Positions 1 through 8,740 of a stretch of DNA of 37,402 nucleotides are shown here, in pieces. Where the stretch lies: the IMG/VR virus record IMGVR_UViG_3300045988_064538; one strand, 5' to 3'. The DNA comes from a virus. Every line of letters begins with the position of its first letter. Positions within the stretch are counted from its first letter, which is position 1. The notes beneath the pieces were generated by a model. The model was given only the letters and a program-made list of their open reading frames with translations. It made no database searches and was not told where the DNA came from. A program made the position numbers and the translations under genes.

Positions 1-77
1 GCTAAAGGTTTATAATAATAGAAAAAAGGCTAATTGTTAGCCTTTTTAATTTGTGTATACATCCACGCTCTCATGAA
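1..77. repeat. Left copy of 77-nt terminal direct repeat (identical to 37326-37402)
   Basis: The string gctaaaggtttataataatag...cgctctcatgaa reads identically at both window ends. Confidence 0.95.
23..47. terminator. Bidirectional rho-independent terminator (second copy at 37348-37372)
   Basis: 10-bp stem aaaaaggcta / tagccttttt with loop attgt. The A-run on one side and T-run on the other let it serve the convergent integrase (-) and the small + strand ORF. Confidence 0.7.
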
Positions 78-98
78 TCAGTCTGTGAATGCTCGCTA

Positions 99-1592
99 CT
101 AGCGTAAATAAATATCTAATGTAATATTCCCTAATTTATCTTTTTTATAATAAATAACTTGTATGATTTCCTTTAGGAAATTATTTTTTATTTTCGCGGA
201 TATAGAATCATCCTTTAACATTTCAATTGCTTGCGATAATGTTATCGTTTTATTTTTTAATTCCGAAGAAGATTTGTTTTCTTTTTTTGCATTCATAATT
301 GCTTTTTCAAGTGTAGTTCGTTCATCTTCTAAAGCTTTCTTTCTTTTAGTAAAAATATCTATCGTATAAATTCCGCTTTCTAAATATCCGCAAATATCAT
401 TCATTTTCTTTTCGTTCAAGCTCAAACGTGATTCAAGTGATTCAATGATTTTAGAATTCGTATTCGATTGATTATCATCTGTATCTATTTGCACCTTGAT
501 ATCGTCCAATTTGTTTTTTAATGCATCAATAATAGCATTGTTTAATTCAAAGTAGTTATGCGATACACATTCGCAACCTCTACCGATGCACGCCATTCTC
601 TTGTATTTATCACCACCACGCTTTTTACTGCCGTAGTGTAGCGTTATAGCTTTGCCACAATATCCGCATTTAATCAAACTTGCATATGGATTTTGAAGAA
701 CACATGAATTAGGTTCACGTGTTCTTTTTTTTCGCTCATTTTGTGCCTTATCAAACAATTCTTGGGAAATAATAGGTTCATGCTTTCCATCCACTAATTC
801 ATATTCTTTTTTTGCTTTTCTTTTTTTGACAAGCTTTCCGTCTTGCATCACTTTAAATGTTTCATCCTCGTTAACTTTTATTTTTCCAACATAAACAGGA
901 TTTTTAATTATATCCGTAATTCTATTGTAATCAAACGATTTAGAATTGCGTGGCTTTGCGCCTAGCTTTTCTATTTCATTAACGATGTCAAATGTTCCAA
1001 CACCTTGAGTGTAGCGTTCAAAAATCAATTTAACATATTGACTTTCATCGTTTGGTTTTAATGTCCAATCTTTTCCGATTTTGATTCTATCATAGCCATA
1101 TGGTGCTACCGAACCGATGTAATTGCCACGTCGCTTAGATGCATCACGTCCACGTCGCAATATTTCTTTAGTGTAATCCAAATAATCACTACCTCTTGAT
1201 AATTCCATTTCAAAGAATTTTCTATCGTATTTATCTGATAATGTATATGTTTTTTGAGGTGTGATAATCAACGTATTCGTGTATCTGAATGAATGCACGA
1301 TTATACCACAATCTAGCATGTCACCACGCGTTAATCTTTGACAATCGATAACTAATACCCCTTTTATATTTTCGTCCTCTATACGTTTTAAAACGGCTTG
1401 TATCATAGGTCTATCGTCAATGGTTTCACCACTGACAACTTCCCTATAAATATCATCGCTAGGGATTTTATAGTGAAAATTATTTAATGCATAATCTTGT
1501 AATTGTATTTCATGCTTTTTTAAAACTTCCTCTACCGTTTCTGTTGGGTCGTCTTGTCTAGATTTCCTTAAATACATGATGTATTCACTCAT
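99..1592 (-). CDS. int: Large serine recombinase (phage integrase)
   Basis: N-terminal resolvase-type motif YLRKSRQDD with catalytic Ser. 497 aa with a central recombinase domain, a Cys-rich zinc-ribbon region (CGYCGK...CIGRGCEC) and a C-terminal coiled coil. RBS agaggtg lies upstream. Confidence 0.85.
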   Translation of the reverse strand: MSEYIMYLRKSRQDDPTETVEEVLKKHEIQLQDYALNNFHYKIPSDDIYREVVSGETIDDRPMIQAVLKRIEDENIKGVLVIDCQRLTRGDMLDCGIIVHSFRYTNTLIITPQKTYTLSDKYDRKFFEMELSRGSDYLDYTKEILRRGRDASKRRGNYIGSVAPYGYDRIKIGKDWTLKPNDESQYVKLIFERYTQGVGTFDIVNEIEKLGAKPRNSKSFDYNRITDIIKNPVYVGKIKVNEDETFKVMQDGKLVKKRKAKKEYELVDGKHEPIISQELFDKAQNERKKRTREPNSCVLQNPYASLIKCGYCGKAITLHYGSKKRGGDKYKRMACIGRGCECVSHNYFELNNAIIDALKNKLDDIKVQIDTDDNQSNTNSKIIESLESRLSLNEKKMNDICGYLESGIYTIDIFTKRKKALEDERTTLEKAIMNAKKENKSSSELKNKTITLSQAIEMLKDDSISAKIKNNFLKEIIQVIYYKKDKLGNITLDIYLR

Positions 1593-1594
1593 GA

Positions 1595-1945
1595 TTATTC
1601 ACCTCTTTTTGATATTAGATATTTAGCAAAATTACACAATTCAGTCATTTCGGATTCAGTAAAATTAAACTCATTTACATTTTCTTCCCATACGTTGTTA
1701 AATTTTTCAATGCTCTCTTTTGCGCTCCATCCGCAAAGGTATTGTGGTGTAACCTCTAAAGCTTTTGCAAATTCAATTGCTTTTTTTGGGTCTATGGATA
1801 ATTCGCCTTTTTCATATCTAGACACAGTACTTTCGTGTAGGTTCATTCGCAATCCTAATTCTTTCATAGTCATATGCTTTCTTTTTCTTGATTCTCTAAT
1901 TCGCTCACCTACCATTTTGTCATAATTGTTTATCATTTTATTCAC
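1595..1945 (-). CDS. XRE/CI-like HTH repressor
   Basis: HTH segment MTMKELGLRMNLHESTVSRYEKGE. Divergent from the early lytic genes, and its stop overlaps the integrase RBS. Confidence 0.8.
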   Translation of the reverse strand: MNKMINNYDKMVGERIRESRKRKHMTMKELGLRMNLHESTVSRYEKGELSIDPKKAIEFAKALEVTPQYLCGWSAKESIEKFNNVWEENVNEFNFTESEMTELCNFAKYLISKRGE

Positions 1946-1961
1946 CGTCCTCTATACCTTG

Positions 1962-1990
1962 ATTATAATTTAAAATTGCAATACTTACAA
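1962..1990 (-). promoter_or_regulatory. Candidate repressor/integrase promoter (minus strand)
   Basis: On the minus strand: -35 ttgtaa (1985-1990), 17-nt spacer, perfect -10 tataat (1962-1967), just upstream of the repressor RBS. Confidence 0.45.
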
Positions 1991-2016
1991 TAAATCAATA
2001 AAAAAAATAATAAAAA

Positions 2017-2033
2017 CTTGCAAAAAATGCTTG
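2017..2033. promoter_or_regulatory. Operator copy O1 (cttgcaaaaaatgcttg)
   Basis: One of three near-identical 17-bp sites with inverted half-sites cttgca/tgcaag. Overlaps the -35 of the rightward promoter. Confidence 0.55.
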
Positions 2034-2058
2034 ATTTAGAATTATAATTGTTTATAAT
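2031..2058 (+). promoter_or_regulatory. Candidate early lytic promoter
   Basis: -35 ttgatt (2031-2036), 16-nt spacer, -10 tataat (2053-2058), upstream of the Cro-like gene. Confidence 0.5.
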
Positions 2059-2067
2059 GTAATTGTG

Positions 2068-2084
2068 CTTGTAAAAAATGCAAG
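2068..2084. promoter_or_regulatory. Operator copy O2 (cttgtaaaaaatgcaag)
   Basis: Second copy of the 17-bp dyad site, immediately downstream of the -10 of the rightward promoter. Confidence 0.55.
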
Positions 2085-2104
2085 TTAATAGAAAGGAGAA
2101 ATCA

Positions 2105-2338
2105 ATGAAAATCAACAAATTAAAAGCGAAGATAAAAGAACGCGGACGTTCGCAAAAGGAATGCGCCGACCATTTAGGCTTGAGTTTATATACTTTTAAC
2201 CTAAAAGTTAACGGAAAAAAGCGTTTCTATTGTTACGAAGCAGAAAAACTCGGCAATTTCTTAGAAATGACGGATTTTGAAAAGGTAGATATTTTTTATC
2301 TTAAAACTTGCAAAAAATGCAAGATAAAAGGAGAGTGA
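2105..2338 (+). CDS. Cro-like small HTH regulator
   Basis: ATG at 2105 lies 7 nt after RBS gaaaggag. HTH-like segment RSQKECADHLGLSLYTFNLKVNG. First gene of the rightward early operon. Confidence 0.65.
   Translation: MKINKLKAKIKERGRSQKECADHLGLSLYTFNLKVNGKKRFYCYEAEKLGNFLEMTDFEKVDIFYLKTCKKCKIKGE
2307..2323. promoter_or_regulatory. Operator copy O3 (cttgcaaaaaatgcaag, perfect dyad arms) inside the 3' end of the Cro-like gene
   Basis: Third copy of the 17-bp site, 239 bp centre-to-centre from O2. Confidence 0.5.
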
Positions 2339-2464
2339 ATGATAACAGTAAACGTACATGGTAAGTGTTCTAATTTAGAACAAGCTTTAATTAAATTTGC
2401 TTTACAAGCAGAAAAAGAAAAAGCCACTAAAAATAGTGGCAACGAAAAATCGCTCGCTAAATGA
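2339..2464 (+). CDS. Small hypothetical protein (41 aa)
   Basis: ATG immediately follows the cro stop (tgaATG) and the frame stays open to tga at 2462-2464. Below the ORF-track length cutoff. Confidence 0.3.
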   Translation: MITVNVHGKCSNLEQALIKFALQAEKEKATKNSGNEKSLAK

Positions 2465-2499
2465 TTTTTCAATCAAAGTATACAGGAGAAAAAAAGAAA

Positions 2500-2883
2500 A
2501 TGGAAATGAAAATCACAAATGGATGTTACGAATACGTACATTTAAGCATCGAAACATACAACAAATTGAAGTATGACGAAATGCAAATGTTAAAAAAATT
2601 AGAATCAAGGCAAGACCATATCACAATGTTAGAAGATGAAATCACCGAGTTAACTTGTCAATTAGAAGTTTTCAAGGAAGAAATTCTAAACAAATATTTA
2701 TTAGATTATCGTGTAAGAGATTACCAACTAGAAGATGTTACAGATATTGGTGAGTGGAACTATGGACTTGATAATTGTCAGTATTTGCTAAAAATTGGAT
2801 TCACAATTCAAGAAATGAATGAATTTATTACAAAGAAATGGGAAGAATTTCATCCAATAAAAGAGGAAGAAGAAAATGAATGA
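2500..2883 (+). CDS. Hypothetical early protein (coiled-coil)
   Basis: In-frame ATG at 2500 preceded by aggag. The longer track ORF starts at 2461. No recognisable motif. Confidence 0.5.
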   Translation: MEMKITNGCYEYVHLSIETYNKLKYDEMQMLKKLESRQDHITMLEDEITELTCQLEVFKEEILNKYLLDYRVRDYQLEDVTDIGEWNYGLDNCQYLLKIGFTIQEMNEFITKKWEEFHPIKEEEENE

Positions 2884-3100
2884 TTTAAAGCAATGGTATG
2901 AAGGCAATACCGACAACGAATCATTCAATCTAGATGAATACAATTTAGAAGAATGTGAATATCGCGAAGAAGATGAATCAATGAGATTACCTATCAAAGA
3001 ATACGATAGGTTATTGAAAATTGAAAAGAAATATCACGAATTGCATAAAGCTTATGTTGAACTTTCTAAAAACATGAAAGGAACAATTAATCATGAATAA
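2876..3100 (+). CDS. Hypothetical early protein (acidic)
   Basis: RBS agaggaag upstream. Start overlaps the preceding stop. Confidence 0.5.
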   Translation: MNDLKQWYEGNTDNESFNLDEYNLEECEYREEDESMRLPIKEYDRLLKIEKKYHELHKAYVELSKNMKGTINHE

Positions 3101-3701
3101 AAACAAACAACTATGGGCAATGGCAAAAGCCAATGAGATTATCAAAACAACGAATATCAAAGGAAGGGATTATGCCGAAGTCAACCAACGAATCAAAGCG
3201 TTTAGATTGGTACATCCAAGTGGATGTATTACAACAGAAATTGTCGAATTAAAAGATGGCATCGTAACAATGAAAGCAAGCGTATTTGATGAAGCAATGC
3301 GATTACTCGGAACAGGATACGCACAAGAAAAAGAGCAAAGCTCTTATATCAATAAAACAAACTATATCGAGAATTGTGAAACAAGTGCAATTGGTAGAGC
3401 TTTAGGAATGTGCGGATATGGCGTTGATGTTTCAGTTGCTAGTGCCGAAGAAGTTCAGAACGCAATCAATATTCAAGAACAAGAAGGAAAAAAATTAAAC
3501 GAATTGTCGATTAGCTACACTGAATTAAGGACAACTTTAAGCAATTTGGGTTGCGATTTTAGAAGCGATGAAACTAATAAATGGATTTGCGAAAAAGCAA
3601 AAATCAAAACACAGGAATTGCAAGTGCTAAATACTCAAGAATTAGAAAGACTATGCAAAGTTTACGAAGCTATGATTAACGCTAGAGTTAAGAAAGTTTA
3701 A
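3093..3701 (+). CDS. Putative single-strand annealing recombinase (Rad52/Sak-like)
   Basis: The pattern YAEVNQRIKAFR ... ENCETSAIGRALGMCGYG resembles the conserved core of Rad52-type phage annealing proteins. Sits beside Gp157-like and RusA genes. Recognised from memory only. Confidence 0.45.
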   Translation: MNKNKQLWAMAKANEIIKTTNIKGRDYAEVNQRIKAFRLVHPSGCITTEIVELKDGIVTMKASVFDEAMRLLGTGYAQEKEQSSYINKTNYIENCETSAIGRALGMCGYGVDVSVASAEEVQNAINIQEQEGKKLNELSISYTELRTTLSNLGCDFRSDETNKWICEKAKIKTQELQVLNTQELERLCKVYEAMINARVKKV

Positions 3702-3734
3702 TTGTATATAAAAAATAGAAAGAAGGATAACATA

Positions 3735-4229
3735 ATGAATTTATTTGAAATTAGCAAAGCGTATGAAGAAGTAATTGAAAATGGGTTTCACGAAGATTCA
3801 GAAACGGGAGAAATTTTATTTGATGAAGAAAGCCTAGATGAATTGATTGGTGATTTTAATAGCAAGGTAGATAACATCGTTTGCTATATTAAAAATCTTG
3901 AAACATTAAATACAGGAATCAAGAAAGAAATTGATAGCATGAGTGCTAGAAAAAAAGTAAATGAAAAGAAAATCGAAAACTTAAAATCTTACATTGTATC
4001 AGTGTTAAAAAGTAGAGATTTAAAGAAATATCAAACAGAGAAAAACGCAATCAGTATTAGAAAATCGGCATTAATTAAAGTAATCGATTTCGACTCTTTA
4101 GACGACAAATACAAAACCGCAAAAACGACATACACACCAAATAAAGCGGATATCAAAATTGCTATATTAAGTGGAAAAACAGTTGATGGAGCAAAAATTG
4201 AAGAGAAAGAGAATTTGCAAATTAAGTAA
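3735..4229 (+). CDS. Siphovirus Gp157-like protein
   Basis: N-terminus MNLFEISKAYEEVIE ... VDNIVCYIKNLE and a coiled-coil C-terminus match my memory of the Gp157 family. ATG at 3735 follows RBS agaagga. Confidence 0.5.
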   Translation: MNLFEISKAYEEVIENGFHEDSETGEILFDEESLDELIGDFNSKVDNIVCYIKNLETLNTGIKKEIDSMSARKKVNEKKIENLKSYIVSVLKSRDLKKYQTEKNAISIRKSALIKVIDFDSLDDKYKTAKTTYTPNKADIKIAILSGKTVDGAKIEEKENLQIK

Positions 4230-4939
4230 TGCCAAAGCTAAGAAAATCGAATGGTTTATACATTGTTGATAAACCACCTATTAACGCAACAGATGATTTA
4301 TTACTTGAATGCGGTAATGAATTAGAAGTCAATATGCAGAAAGTTGATAATCGTTATATTACCGACCAACAAAGAAGATTCATCTTTGCATTGTGTAAAG
4401 ATTTTAGTGATTACACAGGATATGACAAAGAAGAAGCTAGAGATATGTTGCAAACCGCAAATGCTCAAGCTAAAGGAATCGATGTTAAATCATTAAGTAA
4501 TTGTGACATGACGTATGCGAATGGATTGATAGATTACATCATCACGTATTTTATATCAAATGATATTCCGTTCAACGCTAACACAATTAGAGAGAATCAA
4601 TATACATTCGATGAAAAACAGACCTACATCATGGCACTAAAAAGAGTATGTGTTGTGTGCGGACAAATTCATGCAGATATACATCATGTTGACCACATCG
4701 GAAATGGATTTAATCGAGATAAAATATCGCACATAGGAAAAAGAGCGTTACCACTTTGCAGAGTGCATCACACAGAGGTTCATTCCATTGGTGAACAAAA
4801 GTTTTTGCAAAAATATCATTTATCACCATTCGTGATAAACAAGAATATGGAGTATTTCATAAAAAAAGGAAAAATTAAAGTATTTGAAGAGGATTTAGAA
4901 AATGCCAAGGAAAACAACAACGAAGAAAATACAGGCTAA
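4229..4939 (+). CDS. HNH-like (DUF968-type) phage protein
   Basis: C-terminal Cys/His cluster CVVCGQIHADIHHVDHIGNGFNRDK ... LCRVHHTEVH. Confidence 0.5.
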   Translation: MPKLRKSNGLYIVDKPPINATDDLLLECGNELEVNMQKVDNRYITDQQRRFIFALCKDFSDYTGYDKEEARDMLQTANAQAKGIDVKSLSNCDMTYANGLIDYIITYFISNDIPFNANTIRENQYTFDEKQTYIMALKRVCVVCGQIHADIHHVDHIGNGFNRDKISHIGKRALPLCRVHHTEVHSIGEQKFLQKYHLSPFVINKNMEYFIKKGKIKVFEEDLENAKENNNEENTG

Positions 4940-5114
4940 AAGCCAAGATACGGAATTGTTCGCGCTAGTTAATTCAAATGCAGATAACAAAGCGTTAGAA
5001 CGTGCTTATAACGCTCGTAAACGCAATGAACAGGCATTCTATACAATTACACTAGGTAGCATATTTATAGCCGTTATATTGCTTTTATGGGGTGAAACAA
5101 TATGTACTTTGTAA
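4902..5114 (+). CDS. Hypothetical small membrane protein
   Basis: C-terminal hydrophobic helix ITLGSIFIAVILLLWG. Overlaps its neighbours. Confidence 0.4.
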   Translation: MPRKTTTKKIQAKSQDTELFALVNSNADNKALERAYNARKRNEQAFYTITLGSIFIAVILLLWGETICTL

Positions 5115-5512
5115 TTGATGGGCGCTTACCTAGTTTGAACGAATATGTTTACGCAGAACGTTCAAGCAGAATGAAAGGCGCAAGGTTAAAAAAAGATACA
5201 GAAAGATTGATAAAGCTATATATCGCTAAATCACATAAATTAGGAACAATTAGAAAAGTATCTAACTATCCTATCAACGTGTCTATTAGGTGGTATGAAA
5301 AAGATAGTAGAAGAGATGCAGATAACGTTTTCTTTGCCGTCAAATTTATTCTAGATAGTCTAGTGTCTTACGGAATCATCGAGGATGATTCTAGAAAGTA
5401 TATAAAATCAATCGATAACGTAATTGCAACGGATAAGGATTTACCAAGAATTGAGGTGTATATAAATGAATCTATTAGAGGTTATGAAAAATTGCGTGTA
5501 CCTACTAATTAG
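5102..5512 (+). CDS. rusA: RusA-family Holliday junction resolvase
   Basis: LPSLNEY near the N-terminus and the acidic catalytic cluster RRDADNVFFAVKFILDSLV..GIIEDDS. RBS ggggtg upstream. Confidence 0.75.
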   Translation: MYFVIDGRLPSLNEYVYAERSSRMKGARLKKDTERLIKLYIAKSHKLGTIRKVSNYPINVSIRWYEKDSRRDADNVFFAVKFILDSLVSYGIIEDDSRKYIKSIDNVIATDKDLPRIEVYINESIRGYEKLRVPTN

Positions 5513-5699
5513 TACGGTACTGATTTACATCATTGTATATCTATGGATGGATTTATTGATGAAATTCAAAATCTACAAAATGAGAAACGTATTCGCAAAA
5601 GTTCAATTCCATCGAATTGATAGTATAGATGAATTAAAACAAGTGCTTTCACAATTACAGGATGAGGAAAACAACGATGAATCAAACACTAGCGATTAA
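5466..5699 (+). CDS. Hypothetical membrane protein
   Basis: RBS gaggtg upstream. TM helix VYLLISTVLIYIIVYLWM. Confidence 0.4.
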   Translation: MNLLEVMKNCVYLLISTVLIYIIVYLWMDLLMKFKIYKMRNVFAKVQFHRIDSIDELKQVLSQLQDEENNDESNTSD

Positions 5700-5904
5700 G
5701 AATCATCTAGAAAAAAAAGGATTCATCACAAGTATGCAAGCTTTTGAACTTTATGGAGTAACTCGATTAAGTGCAATCATTTATGTTTTAAGAAACAAAT
5801 ACGGTATGGACATTGATACACAATACAATTACGGAATGAATAGATATGGCAACAACATTCATTACGGAGTATATACGCTAAAAGGTGGAAGTTCGGATGA
5901 ATGA
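5677..5904 (+). CDS. Winged-helix/HTH DNA-binding protein
   Basis: ATG at 5677 after gaggaaaac. The segment ITSMQAFELYGVTRLSAIIYVLRNKYG is HTH-like. Confidence 0.45.
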   Translation: MNQTLAIKNHLEKKGFITSMQAFELYGVTRLSAIIYVLRNKYGMDIDTQYNYGMNRYGNNIHYGVYTLKGGSSDE

Positions 5905-6748
5905 TAAAAGATTCTATTGGATTAAATTGAAAACAAATTTTTTTGAACAAGATGCAATAGATTTCTTACTATCACAACCGAACGGAAGTGATTATATTGC
6001 ATTGTATTTAAAGCTATGTACAATGACCGCCAATACGAACGGTCAACTTGCTACACAGATTGGCGAAATTCTAATACCATATGATGCTCAAAAAATCGCA
6101 AGAGATACCAAATATTTCTCAGTTGATACCGTTGTTGTTGCTATGGAACTTTTCAAAAAGCTTGGACTTATTTACGAAATAAATGAGAATCTTTTACAAA
6201 TTGCAAACTATGAAAACATGGTCGGAAGTTCAAAAAATGATGAGTATACAAAAAAGCTAAATGCGGAACGTCAAAGAAAAAGCAGAGCAAACAGAAAGCA
6301 AAAATTATTAGAAAGTAACGTGACTGTCACAGATACAATAACGTTACCTTGTCACACAGAGATTAGAGATAAGAGTATAGAGATTAGAGATAAAGATAAA
6401 GATATATGTTTTGATAAATCAAAACCAACAAAACACAAATATGGTGAATATCATCACGTACTCTTAGATGATAATCAATATGAGCGTTTAAAAAAGCTAT
6501 ATGGCGATTCATTGAATGAACACATAAGGATTCTTGATGAATACATCGAAACAAGCGGAAAGAGGTATAAAAATCATTCGCTTGTGATTCAAAAATGGGT
6601 TCATGAACGTTATTTGAAAGACCACAGGAACAATGAGCATGTACAACTAGATTCTAAATTCTATACTCAAGAATCAAGCCAAACGCAAGAAGAAATCGAA
6701 GAAGAAATGGAACGAGTGAGAAGAGAGATTTTAGGTAATGTCGCCTAG
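5897..6748 (+). CDS. Phage replisome organizer (N-terminal domain family)
   Basis: The N-terminus FYWIKLKTNFFEQDAIDFLLSQPNGSDYIALYLKLC is typical of the family. ATG at 5897 lies 7 nt after aaaggtgga, whereas the track starts at a GTG at 5885. Confidence 0.7.
   Translation: MNDKRFYWIKLKTNFFEQDAIDFLLSQPNGSDYIALYLKLCTMTANTNGQLATQIGEILIPYDAQKIARDTKYFSVDTVVVAMELFKKLGLIYEINENLLQIANYENMVGSSKNDEYTKKLNAERQRKSRANRKQKLLESNVTVTDTITLPCHTEIRDKSIEIRDKDKDICFDKSKPTKHKYGEYHHVLLDDNQYERLKKLYGDSLNEHIRILDEYIETSGKRYKNHSLVIQKWVHERYLKDHRNNEHVQLDSKFYTQESSQTQEEIEEEMERVRREILGNVA
6358..6424. repeat. Iteron-like direct repeats plus inverted repeat (candidate origin of replication) inside the replisome organizer gene
   Basis: The 15-bp agagattagagataa occurs at 6358-6372 and 6379-6393 (21-bp period). 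It is followed by three gataaa units and the dyad ttttgat aa atcaaaa at 6409-6424. Confidence 0.45.
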
Positions 6749-6769
6749 AATCTCACATGAGGTAAGAGA

Positions 6770-6964
6770 ATGTATATATATTACGTGGTAGCAATTGGAT
6801 ATTGCTTGGGCAGTAATGATTATTATGGTATTCAAGTTGAATTAGACCATGAAATCAGAACAATGGATGATGTGAAATATTTGAATCATATATTTTATAA
6901 ACAATTACGTATCGAAAATACAACGGTATTGAGTTGGCAATTATTGCAAAGCGCAAACAATTAG
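6770..6964 (+). CDS. Hypothetical protein
   Basis: RBS gaggtaagag upstream. No motif. Confidence 0.4.
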   Translation: MYIYYVVAIGYCLGSNDYYGIQVELDHEIRTMDDVKYLNHIFYKQLRIENTTVLSWQLLQSANN

Positions 6965-6976
6965 AAAGAGGTAAAT

Positions 6977-7525
6977 ATGGAAAATAAAGAAATAAACATA
7001 AAAGTAAATATGACAGGACATGATGTTGAGTTAATTGATGAAATGTTAATGATGCAAAAGAAGCTAGATGAAGCAATCATGGAAGAATATGGGTTAAAAA
7101 GAATTGAAGAATGGAAACTTAATTTAGCAATCTTAGATGAGGTAGGTGAGTTAAATCACGAATTAAAAGGAAATTGGTGTTGGTGGAAGAAAACTCAACC
7201 GAAAGTCGACAGGGAAAAAGTGCTAGGAGAATTAGTTGATATTTGGCACTTTGTATTGAGTTGGGAAAACAATTTCAACTATAGCTACAGACGGCTATTT
7301 TCGAAAGATTATTTTATTGAAGATGTTAAAGATGTTTTGTGGTCACTTGAAAATAATAAAGGAATGATTGTTCAAAGACTTACGCAATTAACGCATTATC
7401 CAATTCGTAAAGTAGAAACGTTAATTGCGATAACAGAATACTTAGGATTTACAATCCAACAAGTATACAACGCTTATTGCAACAAAAATAAAGTGAATTA
7501 TCAAAGACTAGAAAGTGGGTACTAG
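6977..7525 (+). CDS. Dimeric (all-alpha, MazG-like) dUTPase family protein
   Basis: LDEVGELNHELKGNWCWWKK ... LGELVDIWHFVLS matches the dimeric dUTPase/NTP-pyrophosphatase pattern. RBS gaaagaggt upstream. Confidence 0.6.
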   Translation: MENKEINIKVNMTGHDVELIDEMLMMQKKLDEAIMEEYGLKRIEEWKLNLAILDEVGELNHELKGNWCWWKKTQPKVDREKVLGELVDIWHFVLSWENNFNYSYRRLFSKDYFIEDVKDVLWSLENNKGMIVQRLTQLTHYPIRKVETLIAITEYLGFTIQQVYNAYCNKNKVNYQRLESGY

Positions 7526-7527
7526 GC

Positions 7528-7767
7528 ATGTGGATTAGAAGTCAATGCGGAAACATTTTAATGGATTGCGACTTTTTCGCAGTTGAAGAATACGGCTTTA
7601 AATATGCAGTGATTACATTAAGTGGTAAAAGCGGTATAAGCATTAATTTAGGTGCATATACTACTAAAGGTAAAGCTTTAAAAGTTTTAAGCGATATTCA
7701 AGAATGGTACGAATGTTCATACGGTGAAGCATTCCAAATGCCACAAGATGAGGATGTGGAATTATGA
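7528..7767 (+). CDS. Hypothetical protein
   Basis: Co-oriented and tightly packed with its neighbours. No motif. Confidence 0.4.
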   Translation: MWIRSQCGNILMDCDFFAVEEYGFKYAVITLSGKSGISINLGAYTTKGKALKVLSDIQEWYECSYGEAFQMPQDEDVEL

Positions 7768-8033
7768 CGTATGAACAAGAAATTAACACACTTGAAAAAG
7801 CGTTAGATAAAGCTTGTGAATATATACACCAAAACGGATTTAATGGTTGCCCAAGAAGGTATGATTGTGAACTCGTTGATAGAGAAAAGGAATGTGAATG
7901 TATTTTATGTAAATTCGATTGCTTTCCTACTAAAGATGAATATTACAACAAAGAATATGAAAAGAAGTCAAAAGAATGTTGGAAGGAACATTTTTTGATA
8001 GAAGGTAAGTATGGCAAGAAAACCAATTCCTAA
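7764..8033 (+). CDS. Hypothetical Cys-rich protein
   Basis: ATGA-type overlap with the upstream gene. Cys cluster CPRRYDCELVDREKECECILCKFDC. Confidence 0.45.
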   Translation: MTYEQEINTLEKALDKACEYIHQNGFNGCPRRYDCELVDREKECECILCKFDCFPTKDEYYNKEYEKKSKECWKEHFLIEGKYGKKTNS

Positions 8034-8364
8034 AAATATCCGTGAACAAGTATATCGAAAATGCAATGGTCATTGTGCATATTGTGGGTGTGAATTAGAT
8101 TACAAAGATATGCAAGTAGACCATGTTAAATCAGTGTTTTATTACAACGGAACAAACGATATAGATAATCTTCTTCCAAGTTGTAGGATGTGTAATTTCT
8201 ACAAAAGCACATTTACATTAGATGAGTTCAGAAAAAACCTAGAATCATTACACGAGAGATTGCGAAAGCCGTTTATTTATCGTTTGGCACTGAAATATGG
8301 ATTAATAACTGAGCGAAAAAAAGATGTTGTGTTTTATTTTGAAAAGGAGAAAGAAAATGACTGA
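8011..8364 (+). CDS. HNH endonuclease
   Basis: CAYCGCELDYKDMQVDHVKS ... NLLPSCRMCNFYK is a canonical HNH/zinc-finger layout. Confidence 0.8.
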   Translation: MARKPIPKNIREQVYRKCNGHCAYCGCELDYKDMQVDHVKSVFYYNGTNDIDNLLPSCRMCNFYKSTFTLDEFRKNLESLHERLRKPFIYRLALKYGLITERKKDVVFYFEKEKEND

Positions 8365-8740
8365 TTATGTATTTGAAGTGATGAAGCAATTTCCACAATC
8401 ATTTATCAATTATAACAATGAACTTATTTTAATCCCAAAAACAAATTTGTACGTTTGCCTACACGATGTAAATACGCCCACAGATTTAAAGTTTAAATTG
8501 TTGGAATATTGTAGTAGAGAATGTACATTCGTAGAGAGATATAGCCAAGAGTGGAGAAATAGAAGGTATCAAGATGATATTTTGTTAAGAATCAACAAAT
8601 GTCTAGGAACAAATTTCACACGAGAAGAAATGGAATTAGTTTATGACGTATTAGGCAATGGATGTAATCATAAATTAGCAAAAAGGTTCGTTTCAAGTGG
8701 TTACGATATGAAGTTGTTGGAGAGAAAAGAAAATGAATAA
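8357..8740 (+). CDS. Hypothetical protein
   Basis: ATG at 8357 after aaaaggagaaag. No motif. Confidence 0.45.
   Translation: MTDYVFEVMKQFPQSFINYNNELILIPKTNLYVCLHDVNTPTDLKFKLLEYCSRECTFVERYSQEWRNRRYQDDILLRINKCLGTNFTREEMELVYDVLGNGCNHKLAKRFVSSGYDMKLLERKENE

Noticed and set aside
163-1925. Plus-strand ORFs 163-369 and 1695-1925 overlapping the integrase and repressor genes
   Set aside because: They are antisense to genes with clear catalytic and HTH motifs. They are Phe/Ser-rich junk translations with no RBS.
7816-7998. Alternate-frame ORFs nested in annotated genes (7816-7998, 14175-14378, 29997-30203, 32298-32492, 35975-36157)
   Set aside because: Each lies wholly inside a longer ORF that has better start context or recognisable motifs. 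Their translations are Lys/Arg-rich or low complexity, typical of shifted frames in AT-rich coding DNA.
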